Shown here: piece after piece, positions 39,869 to 50,131 of the stretch | Numbering within the stretch: position 1 is the first letter of the stretch | Layout of the letters: each line of letters starts with the position of its first letter | NCBI GenBank assembly: GCA_034189535.1 | Contig: JAXHUQ010000001.1 | Coordinates: 67 to 64,066, forward strand | Length of the DNA stretch: 64,000 nucleotides | Source: Halobacteriota archaeon | GTDB taxonomy: Archaea; Halobacteriota; Syntropharchaeia; DAOWMC01 | Reading direction: 5' to 3' | The notes under the pieces: model-generated | The model's input: the letters and a program-made list of their open reading frames with translations, nothing else | Databases searched by the model: none | What the model was told of the DNA's origin: nothing | Position numbers and translations under genes: made by a program

Positions 39869-42800
39869 TCAGTAGGCTGCACTATCGACAAAAAAAGTGG
39901 CTGAATACTTACCTGGGGCAGCAGATAGAGGTATGTCAAGGTAGAGGTAAATGTCCTTAAAGGTACCTTGCCCCAGAGATGATATCTGTGGGGATATGGT
40001 AGATGCGTTTGCAACATAGATGCTAACGTCATCCCAGTATATCGTTGTTGCATTCCCATCCTCTCGAATAACTATCTTCTCATTTGACGATGGATCAATT
40101 ATGTTCGATCCATTTGTAAAGTTTGATGAGTATATCCAGACGTCAATATTTACACTTCCCGCGTTGTATATTGTGCAGGTCGGAGTGCCACTTGAGGAGT
40201 TCTGAGTGGGGACAGTGACTGCGGTTCCGAGTTCTCCTGTCGGAAAAGACCATCCTGAAAGGTTTGCTGTTGAACTACTGTTTCTTACCTCGACGAGTAC
40301 CTGCGATGAGGTGTACCAAGTAACATTCCAATCATGCAGGGTTGGAGTATAAGATGTATCTGTCGTGGATAGATTTGCTTGTAGTTTTATTGAGGTTGCG
40401 GATGAAGCGCATGAAGAGATGTCATAACCGGAATTTGCCTGGGCAGAGGTGATTGTACAGAGTACCGAATCATCTGAGGCATCTAAAATTTTGTAGGTGA
40501 TATTCGTATCCTGTGTTGCATTTATCGTATCGTTTGCATAAAACCTGTCCCAACACCCAAGAGAAGACGGAACAATTGGGGGGGATGTAATCTCTCCCGT
40601 GGAGTTATATATCGGATCAGAAGTGTAATCAACATCAACATAGGCCTGGGTACATCTCACCCTACTTCCCTGTAACAATAAATAATATCTTGAAAGACTA
40701 GTCCCTATCTCCAGATCATCCACTTCATCCCATGTCCAGGGTTGTGAAGTATATGGATTGTTTACCACTTCCTCTGAATAGTTATGCCAACTATCATCAT
40801 TACTATCAATTTGGTGGTAATCACCATCGTAAGTTGTGCCATAAGTCCTCAGGGAGGCTCTGGCACGACCGTCCCTGTTATTGTAGTACCTCTGGACACG
40901 ATAGTGAAGTGTGATATTATTAATTGTCCCACTGCCTTCCGTATGATCTTCGACATTGTATAGGTCTCTTGCCCAACTACCCCATCCGGAACCGCCTCCT
41001 GATCTATATACAAATGTGGAAGTATCATCAGGAGTGGCTTCATCTACCTTGTCCCAATGATCACCGGAGGACGGATCTTGGTCTAGGGCTGTCTCGCTTC
41101 CTTGAGCGTTAGGCCTTAAAGTTTCTATCCCGGACGAAGTATTACCCTTCAAATTCACAGCTCCACCACTTACCATGATATTTGATGACGAATCAATCCC
41201 CGAAGATCCGCCAAAATAGTCCATCCAGTGCTTCCGGTGCTCCTCCGCACCAAGATCTACAGTTGGTGTCAAAGAGACGTATTGGCGAAATCCTGTCCAA
41301 TTGACCGCACGTTCTATTAGAGTTTCCCCATCAGTATTAGTATTCCTGTAAATGAAACCCAAATGGACAATCCTTTGTCCGGTATTCACCGAGTTCAGAT
41401 CCGAGGTACCTGCCTCAATCACTTGAATGCTCGAGTAGGAGGTTTCACCTTCTCTGTCTGCAAGGGAATCTCCTATGCTACCTGTTTTTGAAGGAGATGC
41501 CATATAATCGGAACCTGTATATACTGCTAGACCTCCGGTAGGGAAAGGACTGGTAATGTAGTGGGTATTATCCAAAATTACAATCCCGTCATTATTATTT
41601 TCTTCTTTTACTTCATTTGTGAACTTAAGATCAAAAACCTCGAGGCCGGAGGTGTACGTCTGTTCAGTTGCACCCCCCTCGGGGCCGGTAATGATCGGTA
41701 TATTCTCGTTATCAAGATATGACCTCAACTTTTCACCAAGTCCATTGGCATCCATATGTGGCCTTCCATATGCGATCATGTCATATCCTGAGAGATCCGT
41801 TGCTCCACTTGCAACATCTCCATCGTCAACAAGTGTTACGTTGTAACCAGCGTCCTCTAAGATACCCCTAATATTGGTCGTTGCGGCATGAGTGGATGAG
41901 TCGTATACCTCTGCAATATCGTATATCTTTTGCCTCGTTGAATCGAAATCACTAACCGTGCTTGCACTGGAATTCCCATAATATAAATAAGCTGATATGG
42001 TAGAAGATGCAGGAATCTCTGTCACGTTGATCCAGATCACACTCTGACCGGATGTGTTCCATCTCTCTATATAGTGAGGGATGAGCGTCTCCGTATCGGT
42101 CGTTGAGTTGTAGAGTGTGAATCTTGTATCGTTTCCGTTTTGATCTGCCTTGGTGTAGTTAAAGTTACTTGAGTTGAGCGTAATCAGAATCTGATAACCT
42201 GTCAATTTTGATCCCGAGTTCTCTGTTATGTTGATCAGCATCCTATAGCCCCATGATTCGTTCCACCAGTGATCCCCGACGGCATAATTGTGTGCATAAT
42301 CGGAATCGCTACCAAAGCTGAACTGAAGGTGGTGCTTTCCCGGAGTTAATGCCCTGCACGTGAAGTATCCTGTCTCGTTGCAAGAATAATCGGAATAATA
42401 GACCTTTTTTCCGTCGTATTGGGGACTCAAGATCCTGTTCCCACATCTAAGCTCAAGGAACTCAAGATCCTTTGTAAAGAAGGTATTGTTTACGGGAGTG
42501 ATGGTCAGATCAGCACTTCCAATTGTAGTGAATTTTACCGTCCAGTTTCCTCCAACCGCCGGATAGGACTGTACGTTTATGATACTGATATCTGCCTCAA
42601 CTTCAAATGACTGATCAGAAAGTCTTGGAACGTTCCAGATTATCTTATCTAATATCTCGTTACCATTGGTATCTATTATGCTGACATTGAACCTCGGATC
42701 GTCTGTAACTTCCTCTCTTGAGCTATTGTTCAACCAGTAGAGCTTTATATCCGACTTCTCGATTTCACCGATATCAGTAGAAGTGGTAACATTATGATAA

Positions 42801-44188
42801 TGAACAGAAGCCTTCGAGTTAACATCCACTCTCTTCAGATAACCGGCTCCATTTTTGATGATACGCTCCTCTTTGAAAGGAGCAGGAGTCTCATAATTGA
42901 CAGAAAAGACCCTACTCTCTTTTGATCTTAAGGTGTAGTTGAAGTTGAACTCCTTCTCTTTGGTTTTATTGGTATGGGCATTAGCATTGATCTCATTTAC
43001 ACCGATATTCTCTTCAATACCTTTCAGATCTTTAACAAAAACCTCAGTTGCATCTTTGGGCAGCGTAAATGAGGTATTAAGGCTTTTAGAGACGTTCTTA
43101 TCGTTTCCTGTAAAGATTTTCTTCGTCCATTTCACGGGCTTTCCAATCTCGGCCTTTCCCTGTATAGCTTCTTCATGGCATTCTGCGGGAATAACTGAGA
43201 AATTAGCTGTTAAATTAATTGTTTCATTTAAAATAGTAATATTTGCTAGTACTGTGAAATTTCCAGTCATATGTGGGGTATAATTGTAAATTGATCCATT
43301 TATTTCTCCATGAAATAACTCTTCTTCCTGATTTTTGATGGTGAGAGTGACAGACGTATTATTTGGCCTTTTTAACTCAATATTTACCTTTTCGCATAAT
43401 GTAACCAGATCTTTTTTGGTACTGAGAGTAGCTGCACTCAATAAATTCTTCTTTGTCTCTTGAGATTCTAAATTCACCTCAAATTCAACAGATAGGTTGA
43501 TATCTTCGCCATATCTTGTGATATTTGCAGTAGCAGTATAATTTCCCGGAATGCCTGGGATAAAAGAGTATACGAAACTTTCGTTTCTTCTCTCGTTTAA
43601 AAGTTCCTGTGATCCGACACCTACTATCTTGAAATCAACGGTAGAATTCTCCGGAAGGTCGATTGTAATATTCACATTCTCGCCTGTGGTGTAGATATCT
43701 TTATCAGTCGTAACTGACGCGTTGAGAGGATCGTGATCTTGCAATATCGTCACTTCTTCTACCCCTATGATGGTTGGATATCCTTCAAAGAAGACGCTGG
43801 TGCTATTATTATTTTGAAAACTGATCTGTGCAGGTCCGAGGGTGTAATTTTTAGCCTCTTTTGCCTGCAATTTATACTCAAGGACCACCTCACCACTTAT
43901 GTCGATATTCCACCTAAGCTCAGTGAAGCCTCCCCAGTCTATGACTTCGGCGACTCCAGGGTCTGTGACCACAAGGCCTTCGGGTAAGAAATCGATAACT
44001 GTGGAATTATTAATCTCGCTTGTAGAACTTAATAAAAGCTTTATTGGAAAGGTCTCCCCCAAGTATAAGTTGCCAGGGGCGTCTCTTGATATACATACCA
44101 CATCTAAAGGAGCGCTTGTTGGGCCACCATAGATCGCAGGTGATACTATCAGGATAATAAAAATGATCGATAGTATCTTCTCCCACAT
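39869..44188 (-). CDS. Large secreted surface protein/adhesin with DUF2341-like domain
   Basis: Signal peptide; WWNESWGYR, DTRFT, IWINV, YLYYGN (DUF2341-like); many NxS/T sites. Confidence 0.8.
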   Translation of the reverse strand: MWEKILSIIFIILIVSPAIYGGPTSAPLDVVCISRDAPGNLYLGETFPIKLLLSSTSEINNSTVIDFLPEGLVVTDPGVAEVIDWGGFTELRWNIDISGEVVLEYKLQAKEAKNYTLGPAQISFQNNNSTSVFFEGYPTIIGVEEVTILQDHDPLNASVTTDKDIYTTGENVNITIDLPENSTVDFKIVGVGSQELLNERRNESFVYSFIPGIPGNYTATANITRYGEDINLSVEFEVNLESQETKKNLLSAATLSTKKDLVTLCEKVNIELKRPNNTSVTLTIKNQEEELFHGEINGSIYNYTPHMTGNFTVLANITILNETINLTANFSVIPAECHEEAIQGKAEIGKPVKWTKKIFTGNDKNVSKSLNTSFTLPKDATEVFVKDLKGIEENIGVNEINANAHTNKTKEKEFNFNYTLRSKESRVFSVNYETPAPFKEERIIKNGAGYLKRVDVNSKASVHYHNVTTSTDIGEIEKSDIKLYWLNNSSREEVTDDPRFNVSIIDTNGNEILDKIIWNVPRLSDQSFEVEADISIINVQSYPAVGGNWTVKFTTIGSADLTITPVNNTFFTKDLEFLELRCGNRILSPQYDGKKVYYSDYSCNETGYFTCRALTPGKHHLQFSFGSDSDYAHNYAVGDHWWNESWGYRMLINITENSGSKLTGYQILITLNSSNFNYTKADQNGNDTRFTLYNSTTDTETLIPHYIERWNTSGQSVIWINVTEIPASSTISAYLYYGNSSASTVSDFDSTRQKIYDIAEVYDSSTHAATTNIRGILEDAGYNVTLVDDGDVASGATDLSGYDMIAYGRPHMDANGLGEKLRSYLDNENIPIITGPEGGATEQTYTSGLEVFDLKFTNEVKEENNNDGIVILDNTHYITSPFPTGGLAVYTGSDYMASPSKTGSIGDSLADREGETSYSSIQVIEAGTSDLNSVNTGQRIVHLGFIYRNTNTDGETLIERAVNWTGFRQYVSLTPTVDLGAEEHRKHWMDYFGGSSGIDSSSNIMVSGGAVNLKGNTSSGIETLRPNAQGSETALDQDPSSGDHWDKVDEATPDDTSTFVYRSGGGSGWGSWARDLYNVEDHTEGSGTINNITLHYRVQRYYNNRDGRARASLRTYGTTYDGDYHQIDSNDDSWHNYSEEVVNNPYTSQPWTWDEVDDLEIGTSLSRYYLLLQGSRVRCTQAYVDVDYTSDPIYNSTGEITSPPIVPSSLGCWDRFYANDTINATQDTNITYKILDASDDSVLCTITSAQANSGYDISSCASSATSIKLQANLSTTDTSYTPTLHDWNVTWYTSSQVLVEVRNSSSTANLSGWSFPTGELGTAVTVPTQNSSSGTPTCTIYNAGSVNIDVWIYSSNFTNGSNIIDPSSNEKIVIREDGNATTIYWDDVSIYVANASTISPQISSLGQGTFKDIYLYLDIPLSAAPGKYSATFFVDSAAY

Positions 44189-44292
44189 TGGTCACATCCC
44201 CCAAATCCCCTATATACTTTATTATTGTTAAGCGTTTTGGAGAAAAAGATAAAAATTGGCTTTAGTGATGGAAAGGATATGAAGCTGAGTGG

Positions 44293-45195
44293 CTATAAAA
44301 GATCTCTTAGATAAATCTTATGTTTTCCGAGATTTCCACCGTAATTACCCGCAGATATACGTGAAACACCATCAATATTGCGTACACTATATATAGCGGC
44401 CTTCATAGCCTCTTTGAGAACCTCGGTGGTTGTCGCATTGATCACAATCTCCGGTATCGATGAGACCCCATCCGGGACTTTTGATTCAGAGATATTTTCT
44501 TTGAGTGTGGGACAGAAAATGTGATTGGTGGTCGGACCGATTTCGGGGTATTTTGTCTCCGGTTTCGAACCGGCAGAACATATATCAAAAGAAGTTATGG
44601 CACCCTCTAACTCACCTATGGCTTCGACTGCGCTGTCTCCTGCCTCAAGCGCCACATCCATATTTTTGCAGAAGAACCAGACATTTCCCCCCATTATACC
44701 TTTTGCATAGCCAAGGTATCTCTCTATCAAGAACTCTCCCATCATCAATGGGATATTAATCATATCTTTTCCGAAGCGCTCCTCTGTGGTCTCATATCCA
44801 TCTCCGCAGTGGCCCACTCTATCCATAATATCTATCTTATCATCCGAATCTATGAGGTTAAAGATCGTTGTCGTTGGTGTTACAAGAATTCCCTGCCTGA
44901 TACGCTTCGACATCTCATATTCCAGGGTATTTACAGCGTCTTTTCTGTTGTTCACCCATATCTGTATGATGGCTCCTATGCGCCCGTCGGGTGTATCGCC
45001 CTCATCAACAAAACCTTCGATTCCACCCTCTGCCTCACCAAAAACAGTTGAAGGTAATGCAGTTGCACTCCTGATTGCCCCAAGCAACCTAGGCTCGTCT
45101 TTTGCAGTGACAAGTAGCCTTGCAAGAAGACCGTCAAACGCTTCACAGTAAGTGTCGTCCACCTCTATTCCGTTGATTCCAAGTCCCATTGGCAA
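44293..45195 (-). CDS. ftr: Formylmethanofuran-H4MPT formyltransferase (possibly a divergent paralog)
   Basis: DDTYCEAF, TPDGR.G, CGDGYE, GGN, SAGNYGGNLG. Confidence 0.82.
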   Translation of the reverse strand: MPMGLGINGIEVDDTYCEAFDGLLARLLVTAKDEPRLLGAIRSATALPSTVFGEAEGGIEGFVDEGDTPDGRIGAIIQIWVNNRKDAVNTLEYEMSKRIRQGILVTPTTTIFNLIDSDDKIDIMDRVGHCGDGYETTEERFGKDMINIPLMMGEFLIERYLGYAKGIMGGNVWFFCKNMDVALEAGDSAVEAIGELEGAITSFDICSAGSKPETKYPEIGPTTNHIFCPTLKENISESKVPDGVSSIPEIVINATTTEVLKEAMKAAIYSVRNIDGVSRISAGNYGGNLGKHKIYLRDLL

Positions 45196-45216
45196 TGATT
45201 ACTTCCTTTTAGCTTC

Positions 45217-45594
45217 TCAATAATTACCACTGACGACTTTGCTTCTATCTACTCTTACGTTGGAAGGAGTTATTATCAGCTTATCTTCCCCAAGCCCCGC
45301 TATGTCGCCTCTTACATCCCCCACAAACTGCTTCAGATCTTTAATCGCACGATCTATCAAGAGTTTATCGTTTTTCACGGAGGATATATCGATTATCATC
45401 ATATTTCCATTATATATCTCATTTTTTAGGCCCGGAAGGTCATTCAGGTTAGAAAGCTCAGCAATTCTCACATACATCTCAGCATCTGCATCTTCCATCC
45501 CACTTTCATACTCTCCTAGATCCAGCTCAACATAGTTACCAACATTTACCTTCTTCGGTCTACTTCCAAAAAGCGTATCTGTGAATTTTGCCAT
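45217..45594 (-). CDS. sepF: Cell division protein SepF
   Basis: YVELDL, GNMMIIDI, GDIAGLG..LIITP. Confidence 0.88.
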   Translation of the reverse strand: MAKFTDTLFGSRPKKVNVGNYVELDLGEYESGMEDADAEMYVRIAELSNLNDLPGLKNEIYNGNMMIIDISSVKNDKLLIDRAIKDLKQFVGDVRGDIAGLGEDKLIITPSNVRVDRSKVVSGNY

Positions 45595-45619
45595 AACCAC
45601 CACTCTCACATAATTTATA

Positions 45620-46210
45620 TTAATCTTGTGCACATCTAATAAATCTTTTTCCAATGACATAGATTTCCGCGCTCTCCTTTCGGGAAGCATCCGGTGTATA
45701 TCCTTTTACAAACGCAAACCTTTTACTCATCTCTTTTAAGAATCCGTTATACAGATTCCCCTGAAATACCTTCACTGCGAAGTTACCATCATCCTTGAGA
45801 ATCTCTTTGCAAAGGCCAAGTGCGGTCGATGCAAGATCGATCGAACGGGCATGGTCGTAGCTCCAATTTCCTGAGAGATTCGGGGATGCGTCACAGATCA
45901 CCACATCTACGTAGGTTATCTCTCTTCTTATCTTTGTGAGTGTAAATTCAGAGAATATGTCGCCCTTGATGATCTTAACACCTTCAATAGGTTCTATCTC
46001 CTTTCTATCGACTCCAAGAACAACTCCACAAGAGATGTCCTTTGCGACCTGCAACCAGCCACCTGGTGCCGCTCCCAGGTCCAGCACGGTATCGTTTCGC
46101 TTTATTAGTTGGTACTTTGAGTTCATCTGGATAAGTTTGTACGAAGATCTTGCACGGTATCCTTCCCTTCGTGCCTTTCTGTAGTAGTAGTCCTTCTGCG
46201 CTTGTTTCAT
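45620..46210 (-). CDS. rlmE: 23S rRNA 2'-O-methyltransferase RlmE/FtsJ
   Basis: YRARSSYKL, DLGAAPGGW, KVFQG, ASRKESAEIY. Confidence 0.92.
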   Translation of the reverse strand: MKQAQKDYYYRKARREGYRARSSYKLIQMNSKYQLIKRNDTVLDLGAAPGGWLQVAKDISCGVVLGVDRKEIEPIEGVKIIKGDIFSEFTLTKIRREITYVDVVICDASPNLSGNWSYDHARSIDLASTALGLCKEILKDDGNFAVKVFQGNLYNGFLKEMSKRFAFVKGYTPDASRKESAEIYVIGKRFIRCAQD

Positions 46211-46303
46211 AAGTACCAGATCTATTATTACATTACGCAACCTTTATATTTTTTCAATTGCTTTTGGGTAGGGGAATACTAAGAACAAAGAGAGGTTGAA
46301 TAT

Positions 46304-46945
46304 ATGGAACTTGGTTCATTTGTGAAGAGATATAAGCGCGCAAGGTATGGATTTTTCGACTGGAGAAGCGATCTGACTTTGATCAATAAAATTACTCTTG
46401 CTATCTTTTTTGCATCTTTGACAGGCCTCATGGCACAGATGAGGGTTTATTTACCATTTACGCCGGTGCCAGTAACCGGACAGGTCTTTGCGGTCCTTCT
46501 TGCAGGAGTACTCCTCGGAGGAAGATATGGGGGGTTAAGTCAGCTCTTTTATGCAGGCATCGGCGCTGCTGGAGTTCCCTGGTTTGCCGGAGCAGCAAGT
46601 GGTATTGGTTATCTTACCGGAGTGACCGGAGGGTATTTGGTCGGATTTATCATAGCCGCTTTTGTAATAGGCGAATTCACCGACCGATACGTGGCTTCTA
46701 GAGGGCTTATTCCTCAGATGCTTCTTATGACGACCGGTATTGGAATAATTTACACTCTCGGATCATTACAGCTCGCTTTAGTACTCGATCTTAGTTTATC
46801 TGAGGCTATCTTGATGGGTGCCCTACCATTCGTCCCGGTAGATCTCGTTAAGGCTTTTGCAGCCGCCACAATAGCCTTCGGTATTTTACCGAAGACATCA
46901 TATACTGAAGAGCTGGATGCTGAAAAGTATCCCTATGAGTTCTGA
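46304..46945 (+). CDS. bioY: Biotin transporter BioY
   Basis: PVPVTGQ, GVPWFAG, TGGYLVGF, PFVPVDLVK. Confidence 0.9.
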   Translation: MELGSFVKRYKRARYGFFDWRSDLTLINKITLAIFFASLTGLMAQMRVYLPFTPVPVTGQVFAVLLAGVLLGGRYGGLSQLFYAGIGAAGVPWFAGAASGIGYLTGVTGGYLVGFIIAAFVIGEFTDRYVASRGLIPQMLLMTTGIGIIYTLGSLQLALVLDLSLSEAILMGALPFVPVDLVKAFAAATIAFGILPKTSYTEELDAEKYPYEF

Positions 46946-46946
46946 T

Positions 46947-48356
46947 TTAAATGAAACGTACGACACTCACACCCATAGTTTGAAGGTCAATGATCGGAAC
47001 TTTTGCAGGATCGGGTTTAATATTCAGTCTCTTCTGAAAGTCCGTCTGGTCCTGCCACGTTCCTGAATTGATGAGTGTCACTCCTCTATATTTGGATATC
47101 CCTACCGTATGGACGTGCCCGCAATGTATGATGTCCGGTATCGTCTCTATCACAAAATGATCGGTATTCTCCGGTGCAATAGAGACGTGGGCGCCGTAAA
47201 CCGGAGATATGTGCCTGCGCCTCAACATCTCGACCATTCCGATCTCAGGACTATCATAGGATGCTCCCGGAACCGATGTTATCAGATCCTCAAGAGAGCG
47301 ACCGTGATATACAAGTATGCGGATCCCACTGATCTCAATAAGAGACGGGTTACCAATAAATTCGACATTCTTCTTAAATAGCCTTCTTATCTCTTCAGGA
47401 AGCGCTGGTTGCGGTTCCGCCTGCCTCACAGCATCATGATTTCCCGGTGAGATGATTATACGAATCCTTTCAGGTAATTCTGCTAGGTGTTCTGCTGCTC
47501 TCTTATACTGGTCATATATATCTGTAATTGCGAGTTCAAACTCTTGGTTTGGGTATATTCCTACCCCATCCACAATATCTCCCGCAATCACCATGTATTG
47601 GATCCTCTCAGCAAATGCCTTCTGTTTCTCATTTCCGACATCCAGATTTAACCATCTAACGAATCGTTCCCAGGCTTCTTCCAAAAAGACATCGCTTCCG
47701 ACATGCAGATCTGAAGTTAGAATGGCTGATGAAGGGACCGGTGATCGGTTTGGGGAGTTTGTAATGGGGATCTCAGGATACGTGATGTGCTTGGCGATTA
47801 TGAGGCCGTCGTTTGTGCTGAAACCGGTGATTCCAATGACCTCATCCAAGATTATGTTGCTGTCAAAAACCTCCTTATCTTTTAATAGAAGGACCGAGCA
47901 GCTACCTGTCAAATCGTCCAAGGTAATGATCTTATGACCGTTTGTTGTGGTGGCAAAATCCGAGACCATCCCAACCACGCAGACGTCATTTTTACCATGA
48001 CCGTTTCCATTACGGTTGATTGTGTCTATGGGCTGGGGACTGATTCGTTTCTTAAGAATGCCACTCAACCTCTCATACCTATCTCTGAAATAGTTGACAA
48101 ACTCCTCATAATCTCCCACACAAGTGGAAATATCTGTAATATCTTTGAGTATCTTGACTTTTATATCCGTTCGTGGTTGAAAAGGTCTTACATGGTCAGG
48201 ACTTACCACGAGGACAGAGTCGTCAAGCGAGTTTATTATGTTCTCTATCATATTGATTGGTGCACCATACTGTTTTATGATCCCAATAGCATCTGGGTGA
48301 ATATGAAATCCCTCCTCAATAAATTTTTGAACAATGCTATCCGTCTCACAATCCAT
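46947..48356 (-). CDS. DNA polymerase D small subunit DP1
   Basis: SDLHVGS, GDIVDG.GIYP, PGNHD, YHGRS, GHVH, NSGTWQ. Confidence 0.93.
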   Translation of the reverse strand: MDCETDSIVQKFIEEGFHIHPDAIGIIKQYGAPINMIENIINSLDDSVLVVSPDHVRPFQPRTDIKVKILKDITDISTCVGDYEEFVNYFRDRYERLSGILKKRISPQPIDTINRNGNGHGKNDVCVVGMVSDFATTTNGHKIITLDDLTGSCSVLLLKDKEVFDSNIILDEVIGITGFSTNDGLIIAKHITYPEIPITNSPNRSPVPSSAILTSDLHVGSDVFLEEAWERFVRWLNLDVGNEKQKAFAERIQYMVIAGDIVDGVGIYPNQEFELAITDIYDQYKRAAEHLAELPERIRIIISPGNHDAVRQAEPQPALPEEIRRLFKKNVEFIGNPSLIEISGIRILVYHGRSLEDLITSVPGASYDSPEIGMVEMLRRRHISPVYGAHVSIAPENTDHFVIETIPDIIHCGHVHTVGISKYRGVTLINSGTWQDQTDFQKRLNIKPDPAKVPIIDLQTMGVSVVRFI

Positions 48357-48409
48357 ATCGGAAACATATTTACCTTTGAAGATATAAACCATACGATAGG
48401 GGGTATAAA

Positions 48410-48928
48410 ATGGGAGAAGAGAAGAGTTCTTTGATTGATGTCATAAAGGATGTAGGATCATCTATTCTGATAGTGGGTGCGATAGTGCTCACGGCTTATC
48501 TCATCTCCGGAACGTGGCCCGTTGTAGTCGCAGTGGAGTCTTCGAGCATGGAGCCTAATATATATCCAGGGGATCTAGTATTTCTTCAAGGACCACAAAG
48601 GACAGAAATAAACACAAATGAAGATGAGGATGACATGTCTTTTAATGACTATGGAGATGTAATCGTATTCAATCCGGATGGAGATACCAAGCGTACACCT
48701 ATAATACATAGGGCGATGTACATAGTCGATGAGGGTGAAATAATACCTAGTGGGTCGAAAGCCCCTCATGAGGGGTATATCACAAAGGGTGACAATAATC
48801 ATCATCCTGATCAGGCAGGCATGCTGGACCCGGTAAAACAGGATTGGGTAGTTGGTGTAGCAAGATTTCGAATTCCATACCTCGGGCATATCACACTTAC
48901 CATGAGGGATCTCTTTATACCGGAATGA
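48410..48928 (+). CDS. Signal peptidase I (S26B)
   Basis: SSSMEP, GDVIVF, PIIHR, TKGDNN. Confidence 0.9.
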   Translation: MGEEKSSLIDVIKDVGSSILIVGAIVLTAYLISGTWPVVVAVESSSMEPNIYPGDLVFLQGPQRTEINTNEDEDDMSFNDYGDVIVFNPDGDTKRTPIIHRAMYIVDEGEIIPSGSKAPHEGYITKGDNNHHPDQAGMLDPVKQDWVVGVARFRIPYLGHITLTMRDLFIPE

Positions 48929-49037
48929 AGGAGTCTTATATGATTAAAAGGGGGTACTCAATGCTGTTTTGTATAACATTGTCAATATCAATAGCTATAA
49001 GTATCCAAACACAAAATTGTGTGGGGCGGGGTTTGGC

Positions 49038-50090
49038 ATGAATGAAAATAAACTTATTCCATCAATGTTCATAGGCGTGGATGGCGGAAATTTAATATCT
49101 TTTGGTTCCGGTCAGCCGGATCTGCCCCCTCCGAAAGAGATATATGAGATGGTACCTAGGTTCAATGGTTTCAAGTATGGCCTCATACAGGGAAATGCTA
49201 ATTTGCGAGAGGCACTTGCAACACAATATATGGGATCGGATGAGAATAATTTCGTGATCACGAATGGGGCTTCCGAAGCGCTTGATCTGACTTTTAGGAC
49301 ACTTGGAAATAGTGGAGGCAAGGTGCTTGTACACAAGCCTTACTATTACTCCTACCCCCCCCTTATTGAGGCAGCAGGTTTGGAACCGGTATACACCGAA
49401 ACCGTGGACGGTAAAATTGATATTGACGATTTTCACAAGAAAGTAAGTGATTGTAAGGCAGTTCTGATAAATTCACCGGGAAATCCAACCGGAAGGATAC
49501 AGGATATAAATACGCTCAAGGAGATCGAGAAGGTGACTGAAGACCTCGGTATCGTTCTGATCTCGGATGAGGTATACAAGGATCTGATCTACGAGAGAGA
49601 GAATTACCTTCTTAGGGGGCCCCATGTGGTCACCGTAAACTCATTTTCAAAAACATTTGCGATGTGCGGTTTCAGGGTGGGATTTCTATACTCTAACGAC
49701 AGGTCGATAGTGGATAACGTCATCGGACTCAAGACTCACACCTCAATGAATACGAACATTCTTGCTCAGGAGATGGCTTATACTGCTGCGAATGCTCCAA
49801 GAGGCTATGTGGATGCGCAGCTAAAGATATGGAAAGAAAGGCGCAATCTGATCTGCGAAGGCTTAGAGGATCTGGGCCTTGAATTCTCTAGGCCTGAAGG
49901 TGCGTTCTATGTCCTTCCGAAGGTAAAAGATCCAGCAAAGGCAGTATGGAATCTCTTCAAGAGATATGACGTCATCACTTATCTTGGGGATTGGTTCGGC
50001 GCTCCTGACAGGATACGGTTGAGCTATGCCCTAGATACCGAAAAGATTGAGGAAGGATTGAGCAAGATAAAGAGATATCTGGACGAATGA
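49038..50090 (+). CDS. PLP-dependent aminotransferase class I/II
   Basis: GQPD, NPTG, SDEVY, SFSKTFAMCGFRVG. Confidence 0.9.
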   Translation: MNENKLIPSMFIGVDGGNLISFGSGQPDLPPPKEIYEMVPRFNGFKYGLIQGNANLREALATQYMGSDENNFVITNGASEALDLTFRTLGNSGGKVLVHKPYYYSYPPLIEAAGLEPVYTETVDGKIDIDDFHKKVSDCKAVLINSPGNPTGRIQDINTLKEIEKVTEDLGIVLISDEVYKDLIYERENYLLRGPHVVTVNSFSKTFAMCGFRVGFLYSNDRSIVDNVIGLKTHTSMNTNILAQEMAYTAANAPRGYVDAQLKIWKERRNLICEGLEDLGLEFSRPEGAFYVLPKVKDPAKAVWNLFKRYDVITYLGDWFGAPDRIRLSYALDTEKIEEGLSKIKRYLDE

Positions 50091-50131
50091 TGATAAAATA
50101 AGTCTTATTAGTGATGAATTAGGGATTCAAC

